From positions 1,561 through 65,560 of the forward strand of contig VRUN01000001.1 of the NCBI GenBank assembly GCA_019456075.1: a stretch of 64,000 nucleotides of DNA, read 5' to 3'. A program made the position numbers and the translations under genes. Shown one piece after another: positions 28,049 through 35,515 of the stretch. The notes under the pieces are model-generated. The model worked only from the letters and a program-made list of their open reading frames with translations, was not told the DNA's origin and made no database searches. Positions within the stretch are counted from its first letter, which is position 1, and the number at the start of each line of letters is the position of its first letter. This DNA comes from Candidatus Methylomirabilota bacterium. GTDB taxonomy: Bacteria > Methylomirabilota > Methylomirabilia > Methylomirabilales > CSP1-5.

Positions 28049-28104
28049 GCGGTCAGCCGTCAGCTTTTCCAAGACTTCAAGGCGAGTAGCTGACTGCCGA
28101 CCGC
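28049..28104 (-). promoter_or_regulatory. Intercistronic stem-loop between the JAB and E1-like genes
   Basis: 17-nt arms GCGGTCAGCCGTCAGCT (28049-28065) and AGCTGACTGCCGACCGC (28088-28104), 15/17 complementary, 22-nt loop. Fills most of the 71-nt spacer. No Shine-Dalgarno visible before the E1 ATG. Confidence 0.5.
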
Positions 28105-28108
28105 TTCT

Positions 28109-28777
28109 TTAAATGGCGGAGGGCCGACCGCTTGAATCCGAATCCCCGGGTAGCGGTTCGGCGGTCACGTCCTCCGCATCCTCAAGCCGGATCGTCGGGT
28201 CTAACTGCCAGGGCATCACCTCGAGGGCCACCTCGGGTCGGAGGTCGAACCGCCGACCGTCCACGACGAGGGAGCAGGAGACGCTGGGTTTAGCGTGGAG
28301 GGACCCGATGGTGACATGAAACCCATCGTCATATTGCTCGTCGGTATCATCCAGCTCCGAATGAAAGGCTTCGGCCGCTCCGTGGCTGTGAATGGTCCCA
28401 ACGCGGAGACAGCCGGCCGGGTTTGGACCAATTTCATACTGGCAATGGCCTCCCGACACCCGCTGCGGTGGAATCCGGATCTCGTACTCTCCCGCCCCCT
28501 CCCTGAGATAGAGGAGGACGGCAGCCTCGGCACGGTACTTGCGAAAGATTTCCCGGAAGAAGGCCATGGTTTCCGCTAAGATCTTCGCCGGGATGGCCGG
28601 AAGGAGGAACTCCGCCGCCTCCTCCTCGTTCTCAAGCCATAAGAGCCCCGGAACCCTGATCCTGGAGCGGAAGAGAGGGGTCCGTTTGACCTGGAAGATC
28701 CCGTTCCTAGTCAGCAGATAGTAGATCGGCTCCTCGGGCTCGCGAAACCCCGGCTCCTTCACATAAATCGGGAACAC
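28109..28777 (-). CDS. JAB/MPN (JAMM) metallopeptidase
   Basis: Complete JAMM signature: upstream Glu (RAEAAVLLY) and HSHGAAEAFHSELD (HxHx7Sx2D). The GTG start lies 3 nt after the upstream stop. Confidence 0.85.
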   Translation of the reverse strand: MFPIYVKEPGFREPEEPIYYLLTRNGIFQVKRTPLFRSRIRVPGLLWLENEEEAAEFLLPAIPAKILAETMAFFREIFRKYRAEAAVLLYLREGAGEYEIRIPPQRVSGGHCQYEIGPNPAGCLRVGTIHSHGAAEAFHSELDDTDEQYDDGFHVTIGSLHAKPSVSCSLVVDGRRFDLRPEVALEVMPWQLDPTIRLEDAEDVTAEPLPGDSDSSGRPSAI

Positions 28778-28780
28778 CCC

Positions 28781-29575
28781 TTACCCCTCCGGAAGACGAT
28801 AAATCAGGTCCACGAGCTCCGCCCCATCCTCAATCCGAGCCGGAATCCCCCGCCAGGCCATGAGTCCATCCGCTGTCTCACTGAGACCCATCCCCACTGG
28901 CTCCCAATCCACTTCCAGCGGAAAAAGGGGATCCCGCCGGCTCGCCATCTCCCATGCCTCCAGAGTGTCAATCCGACTATCGCGCTTTGCCGCCCGCTGA
29001 AAGCAACTCTCGTCGATCGCCGTATTGAAGCCGGTCCCCCAGAAGAACTCGATGACGCTTTGCACCTTCGCAGTGAGGGCCAGCTCGTCGAACGGGGGCC
29101 GGCCCTGAAGGCATGCCCGACACCTGGCCATGGGAGTGTCAGTGGCAGAAACATTCCAGAGGTTTGACAGGTAAAGAGGGTCGGCATCCGACGTCAGGGG
29201 AGCGGGACGGTAGTAGATCCGCATCTCCTCGAAAGACCCTTGGTGGAAAAGGACGAGGTAGAGGATGTAGGGAAAAGCCAATGCATAATCCCGGGCCGAT
29301 CCCTGCGGCCCGCCGGGGCGCCAGGAGAAGTGGCGGACCTGCGGGGGTTGCTCCACCGTAATCAAGAGGTCCGACCCCCGGCTGAGAACGAAGCGCGTCC
29401 CGATGGGAAGAAGGGGAAGACGGGAGACCCCATCCGTGGCAAAGGGGAGGGCCTGAAGAAACGCAGAGAGGGACACCTCTCGGTCCATCGCTGGCCCCTC
29501 CCGGGAACCATGCCGGAGGAGCCGGACTACCCTTCCCTCGATCTCAATATACTCCCCCATGGATGCCTTCCCCAC
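28781..29575 (-). CDS. Hypothetical 264-aa protein (ORFan; speculative non-canonical E2-like/adaptor)
   Basis: Coherent ORF wedged 3 nt from both neighbours. Alternative ATG at 29560 with GGGGAAGG upstream. Segment FPYILYLVLF...MRIYYRPAPL...LYLSNLWNVSATDTPMARCRAC loosely recalls an E2 beta-meander + Asn + Cys. No family recognised. Confidence 0.6.
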   Translation of the reverse strand: MGKASMGEYIEIEGRVVRLLRHGSREGPAMDREVSLSAFLQALPFATDGVSRLPLLPIGTRFVLSRGSDLLITVEQPPQVRHFSWRPGGPQGSARDYALAFPYILYLVLFHQGSFEEMRIYYRPAPLTSDADPLYLSNLWNVSATDTPMARCRACLQGRPPFDELALTAKVQSVIEFFWGTGFNTAIDESCFQRAAKRDSRIDTLEAWEMASRRDPLFPLEVDWEPVGMGLSETADGLMAWRGIPARIEDGAELVDLIYRLPEG

Positions 29576-29578
29576 ACC

Positions 29579-31324
29579 CTATCCGATGAATCGCGCCTCC
29601 CCAGCCGCGAGGTCCCGGTATCGTTCAGGGAGAAACCGACGGGAGGAACAGTGGGCGACCGTCATCAGCTCCTGATGACGGATCATCTCAGCCGACTGCG
29701 AGGGGATGAAGTCCTCGATCGCCCAGCGGTAATCCTTTTCCCCCACCGTCTTCACCCCCCGAACCCTGGCATGTCGGTACGCCCTGAGCGAAATCTCCTC
29801 GATGTCTGCGCCGGTGATCCGGCCCGGGAACCGCTCCTCACATAGCTCCGCCATGGCGGCAAAATTGACGGCCGCGACGGCAAACCCGTGCTTTTTCGGC
29901 ATGAGCTTAAAGATGGCGACCCGCTCCCCCGCGTCCGGCATGAGGAGAGGAATCCGCTCACTGAATCGGCCCGAACGACGCTCTGCGGGATCGAGCTTGT
30001 CTGGGCGGTTCGTGATCCGGACCCAGAGAACCCTTCCCTGGATTGTAGGATCCCCCGTGAACTCAAAGCGCATCTGACGCAGTCGGTTCGTCACGCCAGA
30101 GTCGCCACTGATTTCATCCCGGGACTGCTCGCTCTGATCTGCCTCGTCCTCGAGAACCACGAGAGGTGTCAACGATCGGAGGGATTGAAGGATTTTCCAA
30201 AAATTTCGCTCGGAGGCCCCCACCCACTTCTCCCGAGGGTTGGTAATCTTGACGAAGTTAAAGCCGCACTCCTTTGCTAAGGCCTCGGCCACGGCGGTCT
30301 TTCCGACGCCAGGCGGCCCCACGAGAGTGACCCCGCGGGGTACCATCTTCAGATCTCCATCCCGAATGGCCTGAATCACCTCCCGGAAAAACTGCTTGAC
30401 CGCCGTGAGCCCCCCGATGGCCTCGAGGCCAAACTCCGGCTCAACGAGCTCGACCATCCCGTAGAGTTCGTGCCGGAGGATCTCCCGCTTCCGCTGTTTG
30501 ATCTCTTCAAACGTCACGGGAGACCCCTTCGCCTTGGCCTGGCGACAGAGCTGCTCGAGATGGAGCCGGGTCAGCCCGGCGGTTGCTCGCGCCAGTTCCT
30601 CTGCGCTCATTGTGAGCCGCACGCCGTCTTCTGCCAGGAGGTGCTCGACATACTGGAGTCGTTCCACCTCATCGGGGAGGGGGACCTCGACCACCTCGAC
30701 CCGGACACCCGGTTGCCGGAGCGCCGGATGCAGGTCGGCCAGATTGCTGACGGTGAGGAGGAGCACCCCGCCCTGCTCGTGCACGGTGCCGTCGGCTGCG
30801 AGGCTGAGGAGGGCCACCAAGTTGGTTCGATCATCCTCATTCATGCAGGAAAAATCTGTGTTTGGGGCGATGGTCTCGGCATACTCCAGGACCGCGATCG
30901 CGCGCCGTTGCCCGTTCCGGAGACGCCCCGACCGCAGGGCTTGACCAATGAGCGGAACAACCTTACTGGGATGAGTGGGGAGCGGGGGAGGCCCGACGCT
31001 TGCCGCCTCACCTAATGCCATCAACGCCCGTTGCCGCTGCTCTTCCAGGTGAACCTCTTGCGGGTCATGAGCGACCTTGAGACCCGTGGCCTCCCGAAAT
31101 CGGTGCTGGGTCTCCTCGTCGGGAAAGCGAAGGCCGGTGGACCGATTGTAGAGAATGACGGGGCTCGTCTCTCCCAGCCACTGGGCGAGAAAGGTGGAAA
31201 AGGGCAGAAACGCCTGGCCGAGGGGGACGTAATCGGCAATATTGTGATGAAGGACGAAGAGGCTCGAGGTCTCTGCCTCGATCCGCTCAGAGAGATCCTG
31301 CGCCCACGGCAGGGTCGGTTTCAT
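29579..31324 (-). CDS. Tandem AAA+ ATPase (degenerate N-terminal AAA-like module + classical AAA module)
   Basis: C-terminal module: GPPGVGKT (Walker A), LVVLEDEAD (Walker B), TNRPDKLDPAERRSGRF (SRH/Arg fingers). N-terminal about 260 aa are AAA-like (AIAVLEYAE, LLLTVSN, VEVPLPDEVERLQY) but lack a P-loop. Confidence 0.9.
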   Translation of the reverse strand: MKPTLPWAQDLSERIEAETSSLFVLHHNIADYVPLGQAFLPFSTFLAQWLGETSPVILYNRSTGLRFPDEETQHRFREATGLKVAHDPQEVHLEEQRQRALMALGEAASVGPPPLPTHPSKVVPLIGQALRSGRLRNGQRRAIAVLEYAETIAPNTDFSCMNEDDRTNLVALLSLAADGTVHEQGGVLLLTVSNLADLHPALRQPGVRVEVVEVPLPDEVERLQYVEHLLAEDGVRLTMSAEELARATAGLTRLHLEQLCRQAKAKGSPVTFEEIKQRKREILRHELYGMVELVEPEFGLEAIGGLTAVKQFFREVIQAIRDGDLKMVPRGVTLVGPPGVGKTAVAEALAKECGFNFVKITNPREKWVGASERNFWKILQSLRSLTPLVVLEDEADQSEQSRDEISGDSGVTNRLRQMRFEFTGDPTIQGRVLWVRITNRPDKLDPAERRSGRFSERIPLLMPDAGERVAIFKLMPKKHGFAVAAVNFAAMAELCEERFPGRITGADIEEISLRAYRHARVRGVKTVGEKDYRWAIEDFIPSQSAEMIRHQELMTVAHCSSRRFLPERYRDLAAGEARFIG

Positions 31325-31369
31325 CGCGACCGCCTTCCTTGCACCACCTGTCTCCTCGCGAACCTACCT

Positions 31370-31398
31370 ATTCTAGGAGATGCGCCGGGGGCTGTCAA
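31370..31398 (-). promoter_or_regulatory. Sigma70-like promoter of the AAA+/JAB/E1/Ubl/PilZ cassette
   Basis: Minus strand: TTGACA (31398-31393), exactly 17 nt, TAGAAT (31375-31370). About 45 nt upstream of the AAA+ ATG, with GGAAGG as RBS. Confidence 0.55.
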
Positions 31399-31562
31399 TG
31401 GAGGCCTCATGCAGCGCTTCCCGCCAAGCCTTGAGTTACTTGCCGAGGGACAAAAACGGCTGACACGAAAGGCTGGAAATCATGCCGCCTCGCCGGCGGG
31501 ACAATCTCGGCGCGTGAGGAAAGGGGAGGAATGCGATGGGGCAGAGGGGGGAATAGCCGTGA

Positions 31563-32012
31563 TTAGGAGCGAGTCCCCTTCACCTGATCGACGGCCGGGG
31601 GGACGACTAGGGCAGAGCCATCAATCACCTGCTCCCCCCGCTGATTGTGAAGGGTCGTCTTGAGCCGAACGCGGTTCTTTTCTTTGATGATGTCGGTCAC
31701 TTCAATCCGGGCAATAACCGTATCGCCGACCTTCACGGGCCTGAGAAACCGAAGCTCCTGGGTCAGATAGATCGTCCCAGGACCTGGCAGGCGGCTGCCG
31801 ATGCACGCAGAGATCACGCTGGCCGAAAACATCCCCTGAGCGATGGGTTCACCGAACTGCGTCTTCTTGGCGAAGGCGCGATCGGTGTGAAGCGGGTTCG
31901 TATCTCCCGTCAGCACGGAGTATTGCTGAATGTCCGCGGCCGTCATGGTCTTGACGATGACGGCCTTCTGCCCCACCTTCAGCCCGTTAATATTTTCTTC
32001 GCGCGTTGGCAT
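31563..32012 (-). CDS. phaJ: MaoC-like (R)-specific enoyl-CoA hydratase
   Basis: ADIQQYSVLTGDTNPLHTDRAFAKKTQFGEPIAQGMF hot-dog hydratase motif. ATG 32012 after GGAGGGGGGAG. Confidence 0.85.
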   Translation of the reverse strand: MPTREENINGLKVGQKAVIVKTMTAADIQQYSVLTGDTNPLHTDRAFAKKTQFGEPIAQGMFSASVISACIGSRLPGPGTIYLTQELRFLRPVKVGDTVIARIEVTDIIKEKNRVRLKTTLHNQRGEQVIDGSALVVPPAVDQVKGTRS

Positions 32013-32130
32013 TGCGGCTCCCCCCTCCGATCCCCTGATCACGGTCGAGGACATTTTCGGTGGCCGCCGGAATTCAGTTTCTCGCGTCTTGCCATACTAG
32101 AGAAAGGGCGGTCTTCTGTCAAGGTGCTTT

Positions 32131-32161
32131 TAGCAGTTGCGTCATAGCAGTTGCGTCATAG
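32131..32161. repeat. 14-bp tandem direct repeat (2.2 copies) in the phaJ / fabG divergent intergenic region
   Basis: TAGCAGTTGCGTCA at 32131-32144 and 32145-32158, followed by TAG. Confidence 0.85.
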
Positions 32162-32334
32162 GACACAAAACAGAGAAATTTTCACCCCTACCTTTGCTTG
32201 AAGGCACCAATGCTGGCTTTTGAAATTAAAAGGTTACTGGGTTCGGATTATACATTGCCTCGGAAGTCAAAACGATGGTATATTCCTTCGGGAGAGGGGG
32301 CCGAACCATGGCGTCAGCGGGTAAGGGGGATGCG

Positions 32335-33078
32335 ATGAGGCTGAAAGGGCGGGTTGCGGTGGTCACCGGGGGCTCCCGGGGGATCGGCCGGGCGATTGCG
32401 TTAGCCTTGGCCGAGGGGGGGGCCGCCGTGGCCATCAACTACCAGCGGAACAAGGCTGCGGCTGAGGTGGTTGCCCAGGCGATCGAAAAGATGGGGAGGG
32501 CGGCCGAGGTCTGCCAGGCGGATATCAGCAATCCTGAGCAAGTTCTCCGCATGCGGGATGCGATCCTCCAGCGATTCGACCGCGTCGACATTTTGGTCAA
32601 CAACGCCGGTATTCATCGCGACAAAAGCTTTATCAATATGGACTATGAGACCTGGAAGGCCGTGGTCTCGGTGGATCTGGACGGCGCCTTCCACTGCACA
32701 AAGGCTTTCGCCGGGGCGATGAAGGCCAGAGGCCATGGCAGGATCATTAACATCTCGTCCGTCGTTGGTCAGATGGGGAACTTCGGCCAAGCGAACTATG
32801 CGGCGGCCAAGGCAGCGCTCCTCGGCTTCACGAAAACCTTGGCCAAGGAGTTCGCCTCGAAAGGGGTCACCGTCAACGCCGTCGCGCCCGGGTTCATCGA
32901 GACCGAGATGGTGACTGGTACCCCCGACGAAGTCAAACAGCAGGTCCTCGCTCAGATTCCCATGCACCGGTTCGGCAAGCCGGAGGACGTAGCGAGAGCA
33001 GTGGTCTTTCTGGCCTCCGATGATACGGGCTACATCACGGGTCACGTTCTGAACGTGAACGGCGGGTTGTACGTGTGA
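32335..33078 (+). CDS. fabG: 3-oxoacyl-ACP / acetoacetyl-CoA reductase (SDR)
   Basis: GRVAVVTGGSRGIGRAIALALA, NNAG, S...YAAAK catalytic motif. Alternative ATG at 32308. Confidence 0.85.
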   Translation: MRLKGRVAVVTGGSRGIGRAIALALAEGGAAVAINYQRNKAAAEVVAQAIEKMGRAAEVCQADISNPEQVLRMRDAILQRFDRVDILVNNAGIHRDKSFINMDYETWKAVVSVDLDGAFHCTKAFAGAMKARGHGRIINISSVVGQMGNFGQANYAAAKAALLGFTKTLAKEFASKGVTVNAVAPGFIETEMVTGTPDEVKQQVLAQIPMHRFGKPEDVARAVVFLASDDTGYITGHVLNVNGGLYV

Positions 33079-33148
33079 GGTAGGGTCCGCCCTTTCCCCC
33101 AAGAAGCGGAGGCGGACCTCGTGAGCGAATCCTGGGAAAGGGCATTCG

Positions 33149-33676
33149 ATGACGGAGGCTCCACTGCTTATCAAAAAGTATAGCAACCGGAAGCTCTACG
33201 ACCTGAGCCGGCGATGCTACATCACGCTCGAGGAGATCGCACGACTCATCCGCGAGGGCAAGCAGGTGAAGGTGGTCAACTCCACTTCGAACCAAGACTT
33301 GACCACGGTGACGCTGGCGCAAATCATCCTAGACGAAGAGAAGAAGCGAAGAAACCTCTTGCCGGTCAGCTTCCTCCACCAGTTGATTCAATACGGGGAG
33401 TCCCTTCGCGGTTCCTGGCAGCAACATCTCTCATCCAGCCTGGAGGCCGTTCTCGCCACCCAGGCGGAGACCGGGAAACTCTGGACGGAATGGGCGATGA
33501 GAGAATGGATGCCTCCGGATCGAAAGTTCGACCAGGGCCGGACGACCGCAAGAGAGCACGCCGAGGGGCACACTGAGGATGCGTTGAAGGCCGAGCTAGA
33601 GTCCGTGAAGGAGAAGCTTCAGCAGCTCGAGGAGAAGATCCGAGAGACGGAGAAGGAGATGACCGAGACCGCCTAA
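33149..33676 (+). CDS. phaR: PHA synthesis repressor PhaR
   Basis: LIKKYSNRKLYDLSRRCYITLEEIARLIREGKQVKVVNSTSNQDLTTVTLAQIILDEE (PHB/PHA accumulation regulator DNA-binding domain). Confidence 0.8.
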   Translation: MTEAPLLIKKYSNRKLYDLSRRCYITLEEIARLIREGKQVKVVNSTSNQDLTTVTLAQIILDEEKKRRNLLPVSFLHQLIQYGESLRGSWQQHLSSSLEAVLATQAETGKLWTEWAMREWMPPDRKFDQGRTTAREHAEGHTEDALKAELESVKEKLQQLEEKIRETEKEMTETA

Positions 33677-33795
33677 TGCGGCCACCAGGCGTTCGGCCCG
33701 CTCGGTGGCTCGGTGAGAGAGTCTGAAGGGCGAAGGATTACCATCCCAAGTGGAGACTCCAAACAAGATTATACCCTGAAAGGAGGGATTGGAGG

Positions 33796-34662
33796 ATGGA
33801 TATCAAGGTCATCGCCGTAGTGGGAGGGGGGACCATGGGGCACGGGATCGCCCAAGTCGCCCTGCAGGCCGGCTTTCAGGTCCTCCTCGAGGATGTGGCA
33901 AAGGAAATCCTTGAAAGGGCCAAAAGCCGGATCGCCTTCGGGCTCGCCAAAGGGGTGGAGAAAGGAAGGTTTAGCGAGGCGCAAAAGGAAGAGATGCTCA
34001 AGAACCTCACCTTGACCACCACCCTCTCCGATTTGGCGAGCGCCGACTATGTCATCGAAGCCGTCGCTGAAGACTTCTCAATTAAAAAGGGTGTCTTCGA
34101 AGAACTCAACCGGGTGTGTAGACCCGATGTGATTCTGGCCACGAACACGTCGTCCATTTCGATCACCAAGATCGCTGCGACCACGTCAACCCCTTCTCGG
34201 GTCATCGGGATGCATTTTTTCAACCCAGTCCCCTTTATGCGGTTGGTAGAGATCATCCCGGGCTTCGCCACCGAAGAAAAAACAGTCGCCGTCACCCACC
34301 AACTGGCCGAGCGGATAGGCAAGACCCCCGTGCGGGCCACCGATTTTCCCGGTTTCCTGGCGAACCGCATCCTATTGCCCATGATTAACGAGGCAATCTA
34401 CGCTTTGATGGAGGGGGTAGGAACCGCCGAGGCCATCGACAATGTGATGAAGCTCGGGGCGAACCACCCTATGGGGCCTCTGGCCTTGGCTGATCTGGTC
34501 GGCCTCGACGTCTGCCTGGCCATCTTGCACACCCTTCACGAGGGTTTTGGGGAACCCAAGTACAGTCCCTGTCCTCTTCTGGTCCGCATGGTGGAAGCTG
34601 GGTTCCTCGGCCAAAAGACCGGCCGGGGCTTTTACACCTATGAACAGACGAGAAAGGGATAA
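33796..34662 (+). CDS. hbd: 3-hydroxybutyryl-CoA dehydrogenase
   Basis: IAVVGGGTMGHGIAQVALQAGFQVLLEDV, NTSSISIT, HFFNPVPFMRLVEI. Confidence 0.92.
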   Translation: MDIKVIAVVGGGTMGHGIAQVALQAGFQVLLEDVAKEILERAKSRIAFGLAKGVEKGRFSEAQKEEMLKNLTLTTTLSDLASADYVIEAVAEDFSIKKGVFEELNRVCRPDVILATNTSSISITKIAATTSTPSRVIGMHFFNPVPFMRLVEIIPGFATEEKTVAVTHQLAERIGKTPVRATDFPGFLANRILLPMINEAIYALMEGVGTAEAIDNVMKLGANHPMGPLALADLVGLDVCLAILHTLHEGFGEPKYSPCPLLVRMVEAGFLGQKTGRGFYTYEQTRKG

Positions 34663-35448
34663 ATGATGACGCATCAGACGCTCAAGTACGAGGTCACAGA
34701 TGGAGTTGCCCTCATCACCTTGAATCGTCCCAAGGCGCTAAATGCGATTAATCGGATGATGATCCAGGAGCTGGCCCGGGTGTTGAACCAGGCCGAGGAA
34801 GACGAGGCAGTCCGGGTCTTGATTCTGACGGGGGCAGAAGAGAAGGCGTTCGCCGCTGGAGCCGACATCACCGAGTTCCAGCATATGAACCCCCTAGAGG
34901 CCCTCCATTCCTCTCAGGTCTTCCAGGCCCTCTTCAACCGGATCGATCACCTCAAGAAACCAATCCTCGCAGCCGTCAATGGCTTTTGTCTGGGAGCCGG
35001 GTGCGAGCTGGCCCTCGCCTGCGACCTCATCTTCGCGTCGGATCGGGCCCGGTTCGGCCAGCCGGAGGTGAATCTGGGGTTCATTCCTGGAGGGGGAGGC
35101 ACGCAACGCCTCGCCCGCCTGATTGGCAGGGCGCGGGCAAAAGAACTAATCTACACTGGCGAGATGATCGATGCCCAGGAGGCTTACAGGATCGGTCTCG
35201 CCAACAAGGTTTTCCCGGCCCCCGAGTTGATGACGGCCGTGCAGAAATTCGCCCAGAAAGTCATGAGCAAGGGTGCGGTCGCTCTCGAGCTGGCCAAGCA
35301 GGTTATCAATGAAGGTTATGAGACTGATCTGACGAGTGCATTGGGGCTCGAGGCACAGGCCTTCGCCCTCTGCTTTGGCACCGAGGACAAAACGGAGGGG
35401 GTCAGCGCCTTTCTGGAGAAGCGGCAACCCCAGTTCAGGGGGAGGTAG
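34663..35448 (+). CDS. crt: Enoyl-CoA hydratase (crotonase)
   Basis: ITLNRPKALNAIN, FAAGADI, AAVNGFCLGAGCELALACD, GQPEVNLGFIPGGGGTQRL. Confidence 0.9.
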   Translation: MMTHQTLKYEVTDGVALITLNRPKALNAINRMMIQELARVLNQAEEDEAVRVLILTGAEEKAFAAGADITEFQHMNPLEALHSSQVFQALFNRIDHLKKPILAAVNGFCLGAGCELALACDLIFASDRARFGQPEVNLGFIPGGGGTQRLARLIGRARAKELIYTGEMIDAQEAYRIGLANKVFPAPELMTAVQKFAQKVMSKGAVALELAKQVINEGYETDLTSALGLEAQAFALCFGTEDKTEGVSAFLEKRQPQFRGR

Positions 35449-35515
35449 GAGGGGGTCTAGACCTGAACCGAGGTTGGGGTGAGAAGAGCCCCGTCCTCGT
35501 GACGATCCGGCCCCT

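Noticed and set aside
31430-31436. CTTGAGT HAIR half-site upstream of the Ubl-cassette promoter, which might have implied HspR control.
   Set aside because: No complementary ACTCAAG half sits at N7 spacing. A single 7-mer is not meaningful.
32202-32217. Sigma54-like AGGCAC-N5-CTGGC upstream of fabG.
   Set aside because: The GG-to-GC spacing is off by one, the -12 element is poor, and no enhancer-binding protein is nearby.
35449-35515. 10-bp palindrome GGTCTAGACC between convergent crt and phaC, considered as a terminator.
   Set aside because: No loop and no U-tract on either strand.
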